From contig NIVC01000136.1 in assembly GCA_002269645.1 (NCBI GenBank), positions 248,001 to 312,000 of the forward strand: a stretch of DNA of 64,000 bases. The letters run 5' to 3'. The stretch comes from Macrostomum lignano. Its lineage: Eukaryota. This document shows, in pieces, positions 13,683 through 23,727 of the stretch. The notes beneath the pieces were generated by a model that was not told the DNA's origin, did no database searches, and was given only the letters and a program-made list of their open reading frames with translations. Both the position numbers and the translations under genes were made by a program. Numbering within the stretch: position 1 is the first letter of the stretch; each line of letters starts with the position of its first letter.

Positions 13683-13690
13683 TATATAAA
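13683..13690 (+). promoter_or_regulatory. Putative TATA box of FReP unit B within a ~450-bp 5' flank conserved across units
   Basis: TATATAAA ~75 bp upstream of the ATG. The homologous site is TATTTAAA in C and TAAATAAA in D, E and F. Preceded by a conserved GTCACGTGAAATT. Confidence 0.4.
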
Positions 13691-13762
13691 TGCAGCCATT
13701 TTACAGGATGCAGCTGCAATCCTCAGATTACCGATACAACAACGAAAGGTGAACTTGACTCG

Positions 13763-16700
13763 ATGCAGCTCTTTCAGTTGCGAGTTTCTGCAGCGTTGGC
13801 TCTGCTGCTCTGCTCGCTGGCAGCCGGCCGCCAGGTCTCCCAGTGCGCTCCCGCTGACTCTCCGCGGCTCCGCTTCGTGGCGCAGCTCAGCGTGAACGGC
13901 TGCGCGCTGTTCGTGCACGACACGGGAGCGAGCGACGGTCCGCACTTGGCAGTCGAGCCGCTCATGTGCGTGACGGACAGCCTGAGAGGCATTGTTCCCC
14001 GATTCGACTTCATCACCCAGCAGCTGTACTTTAGCGTTCCTGTATTGATGAGGGATGCTGGGATGCTGGCAGAGGCTCAGCGTCAACTGCGGCATCTGTC
14101 ACCGAGGTCTGTGAGCTTTGCCACGGTGACCAACATCAGCGTCTCAGCCGACACCCGCTCATCGATTCGGGTTTTGAGCTTCCTGTGGACTCCGAATGAG
14201 CCAATCGCCACTCTGAGACTGAGAATCGATGAAAATAAGTTTCATTCTTTTATAAGAGCACTAAGAATGTCGAAATTGAACCTTCTGAAAAATATCGTAC
14301 CATCAGATTTCAAGTGGATTAAGGGTCAATCTCATCTGAACTATTTACCTATGGAGACTCTTCAAAATGTGAGATTGTCAGCTTCAATCATTTCGAACGG
14401 CTCCTGTCATGACATTCAAAGCCGCATTATGCTGCAAAACGACAGCTTCATCGAAGTCGGCTTGTACAGGAAAAAATTCTTACCCGTGTGCCGACAGCTG
14501 AGGTTCAGTCGGTACGTCAATCTCGAGAACTGCTCTGCCCGAGCGCACCAGAGACTCGACATCAAGGGCCACTTCCTCATCGAGCCTCTGCTGTGCCACA
14601 ACATCTCCAGCTTGAGCAGCGAGTCAGTCAGGTATGACTACAGCCGAGACATGCATTACCTGAAGCTGGATCTGGTGCTGCAAGATGAGGCCACACGCGA
14701 TGCTGTGAGGACTCAGTTGGCCGACTTGTCGCCTCGCTCGGTCGATTTCATGCGGCTGTGGACTGCTGAGAGATCGGTGAGCTCTTCGTTGAGTGCTCGG
14801 TTCGAGGTCGGTCCGCTGATGGCGTCGGCAGACTGGAGGTCCGCTCAGCTGCGGCTGCTCTGCGGAAACTGGACGGAGTGCCGCGATCTCAAGTTAGCTG
14901 ACATTTTCTAGGAAATGTTTTTCCCTTTTTACTGGTTTTTACTGAAGCTACGAACGTTTAATTAGTCATAGCGAGTAATGGAGTTAAAAAGGATTATAAC
15001 TAAACATTTCTGACACAAAAAACGCAGAATCCTTACCCGATTTCTCATAATTTAACATATTTGTATGCAAGCTACGAAGTACATGATTTTTTCTACTACA
15101 TTTTCTCAAAAAAAGAGTTTTCCATATTGCGCATTTGACGCATTTGCATTTCTTTCTTTGAATAATGGCTAAATCGTATTTTCAATTCTACAGTTATTTT
15201 TTTCTTTCGTAGCACTGTGTCGTATAAAAAGTAATTGACGACTTTCAGGTCTGCTCTGCTGGCGGAGCCCTCTGACCTGTGGCGACACGTGCAGTGGCGG
15301 GTGACGTCGCTGGTTGCTGAGCAGTGCCTCTCCAAGTCTAGCCGAATCACTTCATCATGGAGAATGAAACCACCTGGAAGAGCAGACAGCTGCTCCAGTC
15401 TGAAGCCCTGCGCCAGACTGCAACGCGCCTCTGCTCGACGCACCGCGGCGTTTCAAATGCTTCCAGACGGTCGCTGGTTCCTGAAGATTCAGCAGCGACT
15501 TACTGGCAGAGTGAGTTTCCAACGAAACTGGACTGAGTACGAGACTGGCTTCGGTGACGGCACCGATTTCTGGATTGGTGAGAGGCAGTTTTGTATCGGC
15601 TAATATGCTAGTTGACACATGCACTTTCAACTGACGAAAGATAGATTGAAAGATTAACTGCTTGGTCATTAAAAAAATGTGAAGTTAAAGTTGCGCCATG
15701 ACGAAAATCTGTATATTGTCCTTTCCCGTCTGATTTGCGTTTCAAGTCTTCGGGCTGCTTCAGTTATTCAGGAGGCTTCTGCCACTATCCATCCATTGTC
15801 CGGTTCAGAGTGCGAGTAGAGTCCTGAATCCAAATTTGGGCTTCCTTGGCTCTGACTGTGTGTGCACAGCGGTCTTTTATACCGCTAGGACCGTCAATGG
15901 CACAATAGTGTGCTTCAGATAGTAGAAAGTTACCCAGGACTGGTCAATGAAAATGATTTTCAGACGCCTTTCAGACAACAAAAATGTCAAAAAACAAAAG
16001 TCCTCAACCTAATCTGAAGCAAAAGGTAGTAGAAAGCACTTCGGCCCTTTACGAGCTGTTCGAACAAGAAAGGCTGGCTTGCTGTGTTGGCAACCGCAGT
16101 GCTTTTGCTGAAATGGAGGAGCACCAGCCAGAGCAGCACCAGCCAGAGCAGCACCAGCCAGAGCAGCACCAGCCAGAGCAGCACCAGCCAGAGCAGCACC
16201 AGCCAGAGCAGCACCAGCCAGAGCAGCACCGGCCAACTCAGTTCTTCATCTGATGCTTGCAAATGACAGACTCTTAAATTTTTACCTTAGACTTGACCTT
16301 TACCTTTGACAATTAAAAACCCGTCTTACAGTCTCAGAACAGCAGGCCGCTCAGCTGGGATTTCAGAAGGCTTGAAATGGATCATTTTGGCAATTAAAAA
16401 AATTAGCTTCACCATCTGCTATGAAATGCACATTGGTAAAATATTTTTCTCAACATCCGAATGACGAGTCACCTGGCAGCAGCGGCGACAAGTCGAGCAG
16501 AAGTGACTCAGACTCAGCCGCTCTCCTCCCGCAGGTCTCTCCGCCATCCACTCGCTCAGCCAGGGCGGCGTCACCCTCAGAGTGGAGATGAAGCTGGGGA
16601 ACGGCTCTGAGCTGCATGCGGAGTACGCGGGATTCCAGGTGGGAGACGCCAGCACTGGGTATCGGATGACGTACCGAGAGATGCTGAGGGTCAGGTCCGT

Positions 16701-16944
16701 CAGCATTGACTCTTTGGAGCACCACAAAGGCATGCGGTTCTCCACGATGGACAGGGACAATGACGAAGCGAGTGATTCATGCTCAAACCAACGGGTAAAA
16801 GGAGGCTGGTGGTTCAACGAGTGCCTATACGTCAACCCTAACGGAATTTTCAAACTCCATTTTATTGGTTTGAAATATATGATCTGGACCTATGGCTCTG
16901 CTATTCTGTCTCTTCGTGAAATGCGGCTGATGCTGCAGATTTGA
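13763..16944 (+). CDS. Secreted fibrinogen-related protein, unit B: join(13763..14892,15249..15577,16535..16944), 622 aa
   Basis: Signal peptide MQLFQLRVSAALALLLCSLAAG. Intron phases (2, 1) join the exons in frame. FBG motifs: QQRLTGRVSFQRNWTEYETGFG, FWIG|LSAIHSL, FSTMDRDND, GGWWFNECLYVNPNG. The exon-1 donor (ctcaa|gttag) is inferred from phase and from where the paralogs diverge. Confidence 0.82.
16118..16232. repeat. 15-bp minisatellite (GAGCAGCACCAGCCA)n in intron 2 of unit B
   Basis: Tandem repeat read directly. Same unit at 55245-55277 and 56610-56812. Confidence 0.95.
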
Positions 16945-18689
16945 GCATCAAAACTGAGCAATGCAATAATGCACTCTGTTCATTGAAGTACAACTTTTTA
17001 CCAGTCGGAGCTTAACTAAAATGTTTTTTCAGAAATAATAGGCATGCTTATGCAGTTAAGTAACTACAAAATATAGTTTCTCATATCTCCCAGATTGCAA
17101 GAGTTTTACTGACTGAAAAAACGATTGCACAGAAACTGAAAAAGATATTTTTGCGGCCTTAAACTCAATAAACTTATTTTGATAGGCGCAAGCTATTTTC
17201 AACTATAAACTAACTAGAAAAAATGAGCAGCTTAACTCATGAACTCTAAAAACTCAAATATACAGATGCTTATCGCAGTTAATTCAAAGTTTTTACACTT
17301 GGATTTCCAATAAATTCAAATATCAGCTGAAGGCCTGAAAGTTTTGTTGCTACGAGCGCATGAGGCTTTTCTGAAATATTGCTTTACTGATACTGATCTA
17401 ATCTGCTATTAGTTTAGTCTACTAATCTACTATTCTAGCTCGTTAGTTCGCACGGCCCACCCCACCAGGAACAAACAGGCAGCAAATTGGCGTGGACTGC
17501 GAAAGAGCGCAGAGAGGCCAAAAGGAAACCGTCAAGTTGTCCCCCAACGCCAAAAAAGAAGCCGAAGAAAGTACAGCAAAAGCAGCAAGAGCGGGCAAGC
17601 ACAGCAAAAGTGGTGAGAGCTACTAACTGAGAGCTACCTTTCCTCTAGCTCTTTCGTCTCAAGTGAAGTGATTTTATTCATTTGGCCAGCGGCCTCAACA
17701 AGCAGCAGTTTGTGCGTACTCTTTGTGGCCAAAGATTAAACTTTCCGTCGCTGGACACCAAGCAAGCCAATTCCTGAACCTTGACATCAAACTCAGCCGC
17801 AGCACAGGTGGGTCGGCACGGCCCCATGGCAGCAGACTGGATTTCCTGAACATGCCCCATCAAGCGCACATGACAGCAGCCCAGCAGGCCGCCTGCACCG
17901 GGCTCGAGTAGACGATAGCGACTTTTTTGGATGATGAGGCGTAGGCCTGCTGAAGAAGCTTGGCGGCGGCGTCGTCGAGAGACCCAGGGAGGCGACCTGC
18001 AAAAGAGAAAGGCGGTAAAGGGAGAGCTGAGCGCATGACCGGCAAACTCTTGCGGGCTGACACAACATGTTGCATAGACTTGAAACACAAAATTCAGCAA
18101 TTCCTGACGGCAGTGCAGGCGGCAAGCCGCATCAGCAAAGGGAAGCAAATTTTGCTCCTGCAAGTTTAGTACTCGCAACTGAGATCTGAGAATATATTTA
18201 GGAAGTGTACTATATAGTTTAGTCACACATATTTTTAATAAACATTTTAGCAGCTTGTAGTGACAACTTGGTGGCCAAAATCCGCGCCGCGCAGTTGAAA
18301 AAATAAGTGATTGGTATTAGAAAAATGTGAAAAGCCGTTCATTGTTGCCTTTTTTATGTGATTGTTTTAGAGTTTTATTCAGTTATTAATAGACTCACGA
18401 GATTGGTCTGCAGTTTAAGACTGAGGATGGAGTCGGGTGGATTTTAGCACCGATTTTAATTCAGTTAATGTTATGTTAAACATTTCCTATCTTGCACAGC
18501 TGCGCCAGTGTGTGCATGGAAAGTACTTTGTACGCGATCTGCTGTCCTACAATTTCGGCAAAGTTATAGCAGCTTTAATGATTGATTATTACTTCACACA
18601 GTTGAAACCAGTGAACTTTGAGTGGCATATTAACATTCATTTCACCTTCATTTCTACATGTACATGAGGTCGTAACTTTTGCGTGTCGG

Positions 18690-19015
18690 GACCGAGGCCC
18701 TGTACTTGTACGATCGGGCCAAGCTGCAGCACCCGTCCACCATCCTGCGCCGCCGGCGACTTCAATTGGCGGGCCATGAGATCCCGGCCTAGGGCTATAC
18801 TGCCCCTAACCTGTTCAGGACGTCCTGCTGCTCACCTTGCTGGGTCCATTTCGGGTCACGCTTTAAATCATAGATACCCGGAATGTCTGCTGTGCGACGC
18901 CGGGCGCCCGACACTACTAACATGGCGGACTTCGTTCGTTCTCAGGCACTGCGGTGCGCCATCTGACGCGCCCTGCTCTACATGTAACTGTGACCCTGCA
19001 TGCGGAGCTGCGTAT
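18690..19015 (+). mobile_element. 3' remnant of an RTE-like LINE ending in a (GTT)n tail
   Basis: Degenerate frame ...STILRRRRLQLAGH..., like RTE C-termini (RLxxAGH), followed by (GTT)n at ~19017-19046. Confidence 0.5.
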
Positions 19016-19018
19016 TTC

Positions 19019-19049
<31 letters not shown>

Positions 19050-19695
19050 GCGGAGATGAGCTCAGAGGGGCCGCCAGTCGATGGCCCCTAGGAGCTGCGC
19101 CACTACGTCTCCTCGTGCAAGGTCGCCAATGCTAGTGACGCCGATGGTGCGTCTGGTAAGTTCGAGCTTAGGACAATGGAGAATATGGAACTGCTCAGTC
19201 GGTTGATTGCATAGCCGGCATGGCCCTCCTTCGGCGATGCCTGTTCGGTGACGATAGTAGGATGATTCTGGACAATGGCCGGATCTGATTTGGGATATAA
19301 GCGTCTGCTGCCGACGAGTGCCCGTTCCTGGGGACACCGGGGTGCGGTATACCTCCAGGTGTCCTGGCAAGTCGGGCTGATACCTAAGGTGATGGTAGAT
19401 CCGTTCCTTGGAGGCGGGAGCGAGATGAGCACCTGATCTTGACAGAGAGTCGCTGCGATTCTAGCTTCAGCGTCGACGAGTTCATTGCCGTGCACCCCGA
19501 ATGTCCGGGACCCAGAGCAGCGTGAGTTTGGTCCTATGGGCCGCGGTCACGAGGAGGGCCTTCGCTAGTTCGAGCCTAGCGTTCAGTGTGGGCCGGTCGG
19601 CTTGGATGGCGGTAATGGCACTTTGACTGTCCGTGAGGATGGCGGCGCAGGCGGGAGCGGAATCAATGATGTCCTGGAGCGCGAGAGTGATGGCA

Positions 19696-21681
19696 TTAAG
19701 CTCGGCCTCGTAGGAATTGCACCATCGGCCCGCTGCCGCGTGCCCGTCCTCTAGTGCCGTCCTCTTTGCGGAGGAGGATCCTGGCCGATCCCCCGTTGGT
19801 GGTGCCTCCTGAGATTGAACCGTCAGTGAAGTAGAGGGCTGCGTCGGGACAACGCTGCTCAATCGCGGAGAGCACTGCCTCGGTGGCAGGTCCTTCATGC
19901 TCGGGGAGTTTGGTGAACATCTGCACCCCGCAATCAACCAGCGAGTCCCATGGGGGGTTGCGGGTCGTAGGTATAGGCAGACACGGGAGAGGTATCATAG
20001 CGTTGCAGATGGCTCTGGCTTGCTCTCGTAGCCCTTTGTTGGCCGCTAGCCGGGTGTTGAGTTGCCTGTCGCAGATCTGCCGGAACGGATCGTCGGCCGG
20101 GCGGCGGTTTACTTTCTCGTAGGCCATCAGGGCCCTACGGCGGGCTTCGAGGCTGATCGGACTGACGTTTGTTTCCATATAGATGGCTTCCACCGGTATC
20201 GAGTGTGGCAATCCCGTGATGGCTCTGAGGGCTTCTCTTTGAGCGCGGTCCAGGTCGTCGAGGCGGGTACTGGACAGCCATGGAGTCCAGGCAGCAGCAG
20301 CGTGCCAGACCACAGATTCGACGAGTGCTCGATAAACCCGGAGGAGCAGGGCGCGGTCCCAGCCCCATTCGCGATGGGCGAGCGCGAGGATGATGGCGGT
20401 TCTGCGTGCCATCTTCTCTTTGACCGAGTTGGAGTGCTTATCGAAAAGGAGGCCATTGTCTATCCACACCCCGAGGAACTTCAGTTCTTTCTTGGGGGGG
20501 ATCGAGTGGCCGTTAAGCGAGAGGTGAAGAGCGCGGTCGCGGTCGGCGCGGTCCCTGCTGAAGAGGCAGCATTCGGTCTTGGATGGATTAAGGTCAATGC
20601 GCAGGTGATCTGCCCACTGTTCGATCTTCTGGAGCGCATCTTGAGTGCGAGCAAGGAGCTCACGGATGTCGCGGCCCGTCGTCCAGAGTGCGATGTCGTC
20701 CACGTAGCCGCTATATTCGACATTCGCCGTCATGTAGTCGGACCAGGCGTTAACGTAGAGAAGGAAGAGGGCCGGCGAGCTGACAGCCCCTTGCGGGACT
20801 CCCTCACGGAGCCGGCGCCATTTTCCAGTGGTCGCGCCGATTCTAACGGCAATTTGGCGGCCCTCAAGGAAACTGTCAAACCATTTGACCATACAGGCGG
20901 GAAGGCCCTCGTCCATCATCCGGGCGAGGAGTCGGGCCCTCCAGACTCTGTCAAACGCTCTGGAGCAGTCTATGAGCACGGCAAGGGTTTTGGGATGCGG
21001 GTTGCGCTCCCAACCGTCTTGAATGGCCTGGACCAGGCGGGCGACCTGTTCTTCGCAGCCCCGGCCTCGTTGGAAGCCGGCTTGCCATAGTTGAATCTTT
21101 CTATGTCTCTCCAGCCAGTAGTAGAGGCGGTCCAGAATGAGTCTTTCGAGTATTTTGCAGCAGATGGAAGTGAGGCTAACTGGTCTGTAACTGCTTCGAT
21201 CCTTGGGGTCCTTGTCCTCCTTGAGCAGAGGAATGATGATAGCTTGCTTCCAGGGGCCAGAGCAGTGTCCAGTGCGCCAGCAGCGGTTGAAGACCTTGAG
21301 CCACGTGGCTCTCCATCGGTCGGGCAGGTGCAGAAAGAACGCTGCTTCAATGCCATCGGGGCCGCATTTCTTGCTGGGATCCAGTCTGTGGATAGCTCTA
21401 AGCAGTTCACCCTCGGTGAAGTCACGGCGATAGTTGTCGTCGTCCACCTCATAGGAGGCTAGGTGCGTAGCCGTTTGCACTTTGAATTTGCGGTGGGTGG
21501 CGTCGTGCTTCAGAGTGCTAATGTCTTCATAATATCTGCCGAAGGCGTTGGCTTTATCCTTGTCGGTACAGAGTTCCTTTCCGTCTACGACCAGGTTCTC
21601 GTTAGGGTGGGCCGCTTGTTTGCCGTTGCTAAGGCATTTGATGGTGTTCCAGACCTTTTTGGGGTCCTCGGATTCGGCCAT
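19696..21681 (-). CDS. LINE reverse transcriptase and start of RNase H (largest intact ORF fragment)
   Basis: 661-aa ORF with non-LTR RT motifs (QAGFQRGRG, LIDCSRAFDRVW, GYVDDIAL, KFLGVWID). Confidence 0.9.
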   Translation of the reverse strand: MAESEDPKKVWNTIKCLSNGKQAAHPNENLVVDGKELCTDKDKANAFGRYYEDISTLKHDATHRKFKVQTATHLASYEVDDDNYRRDFTEGELLRAIHRLDPSKKCGPDGIEAAFFLHLPDRWRATWLKVFNRCWRTGHCSGPWKQAIIIPLLKEDKDPKDRSSYRPVSLTSICCKILERLILDRLYYWLERHRKIQLWQAGFQRGRGCEEQVARLVQAIQDGWERNPHPKTLAVLIDCSRAFDRVWRARLLARMMDEGLPACMVKWFDSFLEGRQIAVRIGATTGKWRRLREGVPQGAVSSPALFLLYVNAWSDYMTANVEYSGYVDDIALWTTGRDIRELLARTQDALQKIEQWADHLRIDLNPSKTECCLFSRDRADRDRALHLSLNGHSIPPKKELKFLGVWIDNGLLFDKHSNSVKEKMARRTAIILALAHREWGWDRALLLRVYRALVESVVWHAAAAWTPWLSSTRLDDLDRAQREALRAITGLPHSIPVEAIYMETNVSPISLEARRRALMAYEKVNRRPADDPFRQICDRQLNTRLAANKGLREQARAICNAMIPLPCLPIPTTRNPPWDSLVDCGVQMFTKLPEHEGPATEAVLSAIEQRCPDAALYFTDGSISGGTTNGGSARILLRKEDGTRGRARGSGPMVQFLRGRA

Positions 21682-22727
21682 TTTCCAATAAAGTCCTTCC
21701 AGAATGTCTGTTTCTTTTCGCCGCAGCGCTTGATAAGCTCCTGGCTTTTAGCGCGCCATTCCTCGGGCGGGGCGGCGGCTTCACGGAGAGCGTTGCGATG
21801 ATCACGCAGTTTGCTCAGCTCGTCATCCTAGTACGGTTTATTTTTGATGGAGACCTTTTTTCGCGGGATGGCCAGTTCTGCCGCTTTGAGCATACCTTTG
21901 GTAAGCCGGCTGACCTGTTTTTTGATGGAACCTCGGTTGAGGTGTTCACAGTCTTCCTCAAGAATGGACCTGAACTGAGACCAGTCGGCTTTTTTCCAAG
22001 CCCAGTGGAATCTGGGTGTCGCTCGAAGAGTGTCCCGCGCAGTGCTGATAGAGATCAGGATAGGTTTATGGTCCGATCCAAGTTCGTTGAGAGTGGACCA
22101 GGTGCAGCGGGGGGCAATCTCCTGGCTGGCAATGGAGAGTTCGGGAGCGCTGGAGCGCCCTGAGTGACGGTCTATGCAGGTGTGAGCTCCGGAGTTGAGT
22201 ATCCGGTAGTTGGTAGAGGAACATCAGTTGATAAGGCAACGGGATTGAGGCAGGCTGTCCCGGCCCTGGTCGGCGTCGCTCCCCCAGGATGGGTGGTGCA
22301 GGTTAAAGTCGCCCGTGATGATCTCGCGGTGGTGGCAGTGAAGCCAGCTGTCGACACTAGGATGTTCGCGGTGGTCCTCGCCTTCGATACGCCGGATCGG
22401 GGGGCGATAAATATTGGTGATGATAAGTCTGTCGCGGGCGGACGTGTTCAAGACAATACGGCTCCCTTCAGTGGTGCCGCCGTTCCAGCCCTGGATTTTA
22501 CGATACGGAATACCTTGGCGGACGAAGAGCAACAGTCCTCCTCCTTTGATACTGGGGTCGAGCCTAGCAACTTTGCGATCCTTGCGAGCAGTGGTATAGC
22601 CTGACAGCTTAGGGGTTCGATTGAGCGACGTGAGCTTGGACTCCTGGACGGTGATGATATCGACCTGAAGTCTCTGAGCTAGTTCCTCCAGCTCCCCCAG
22701 CTTGTTGCTGATCCCATCGGCGTTCCA

Positions 22728-23072
22728 TTACAGAATGGTTATGGTCGGTTTCGAGCTGTCCCATCCAGGAGCCGAGCGGCCGCGCCTAGGGATGGTCGGG
22801 TCCGAGCCCGTGGAGGAGGGTGGACTAAGGCTGGCTGCTTTCGAGCAAGGAGGGCAGCGCCACATTCCCCTGCTGACTTCGCGTTTAATCTGATCCCGGG
22901 TGGCCTGGGTGCAAGCATTATGGTAGAAACCTTCGCAGGTGTTACAGCAGGCAATAACGGTGCTGATTCGGATGGGTGTGCGGCAGTGGGTACAGTTCGG
23001 CTTGTCACGTTGGATGCGTTGGAGCAATTCTTGTCGCCGGCTGACTTCATCAGCGACTTCATTGGGGGCCAC
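22728..23072 (-). CDS. PHD-finger-containing N-terminal fragment of the LINE ORF
   Basis: CTHC...CCNTCEGFYHNAC...WRCPPC fits the C4HC3 spacing. Confidence 0.75.
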   Translation of the reverse strand: MAPNEVADEVSRRQELLQRIQRDKPNCTHCRTPIRISTVIACCNTCEGFYHNACTQATRDQIKREVSRGMWRCPPCSKAASLSPPSSTGSDPTIPRRGRSAPGWDSSKPTITIL

Positions 23073-23296
23073 CTCTGGCTGGCTGTCCGAGTCGGAAGAA
23101 TTAGGGGAATTAACGGCGTTGCTGCCTCGGTTCGTGCAGCTAGAGCAGCGCCATTCGGTGGAGCCGATGGCTTTGTTAGCCGCCCATCTGCTCAGCCCGG
23201 AGCAGTCGCGTTGGAGGTGGTAGTACCTATCACAGGTGCGGCAGTGGAGGGACTTCCCTCTGAGCGGGCGTCCGCACTACGCTGCCCGCAGAGAGT

Positions 23297-23338
23297 GGGT
23301 CCCGGATTAAGCTCGATATCACCGGCCCTGAGCAGCAG
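23297..23338 (-). other. 2A-like ribosome-skipping peptide LLLRAGDIELNPGP
   Basis: Exact D(V/I)ExNPGP motif with an upstream hydrophobic run, in ORF 23192..23629. Confidence 0.88.
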
Positions 23339-23449
23339 CGTGGGAAGGTGGCGGGCCTCACTGCCGAACTTCCCGTGGTCCAGGTACGCGCTGCAGAGAA
23401 AGATAACAATCCAAGTAGCCAAAAGCACGAGGGACGGAGTGTCCGTTTT

Positions 23450-23558
23450 CCGGAGCTCTTCGACCCCTTTCCAAGAGAGGGGCTCCCCTCCGCGACGAAG
23501 ACGCGGCGCCGGGTAGGAGCTGTGGGCGGGCCGCAGGCTGCGCGTAAAGCACAGCGGG

Positions 23559-23559
<1 letters not shown>
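23450..23559 (-). ncRNA. Putative HDV-like ribozyme at the 5' end of the LINE (copy 2, somewhat degenerate)
   Basis: On the - strand: P1 ACCCGCU/GGAGGGG; P2 CCGGCGC/GCUCCGG; P3 GCG/CGC with L3 UCUUCGU; P4 CCCCU/AGGGG; J4/2 UCGAA. Confidence 0.55.
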
Positions 23560-23589
<30 letters not shown>

Positions 23590-23727
23590 GCTGACTGCAG
23601 CGTGGGCTCAAGCAATCCATCCGCCGCAACGACTTCCGTCACTGACAAAGACAGCATGAGTAGTCGAAAACCGAGGGCCAGACAGGACCCCAAACACAGC
23701 CCCTGAAACAGGGTCGGTGCCCGAATC

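Larger units (their letters stand above)
19047..23559 (-). mobile_element. Near full-length Ingi/I-group non-LTR retrotransposon (2A peptide, PHD finger, APE endonuclease, RT, RNase H, CCHC), flanked by (CAA)n
   Basis: APE: IITNIYRPP, IITGDFNLHHPSW. RT: YRPVSLTS, GVPQGAVSSP, YVDD. RNase H: YFTDGS, SYEAELNAI, ILTDSQSA. C-terminal CRLC...FHILHC. Frameshifts present. Confidence 0.93.

Noticed and set aside
13622-13762. Upstream extension of the exon-1 ORFs given in the ORF track
   Set aside because: The signal peptide starts at the MQLFQ ATG, and a TATA-like site lies within the extension.
13379-14095. Recurrent ~230-aa minus-strand ORFs (also 28867, 40935, 52699, 63403)
   Set aside because: Antisense shadows of the GC-rich FReP exon 1 and its conserved flank; no recognisable domain.
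14820-14850. Alternative exon-1 donor at GACTGGAG|GTCCGC
   Set aside because: In phase but a poor consensus and absent in unit E (AGATCC). The CTCA(G/A)|GTT(G/A)G site is present in all four copies.
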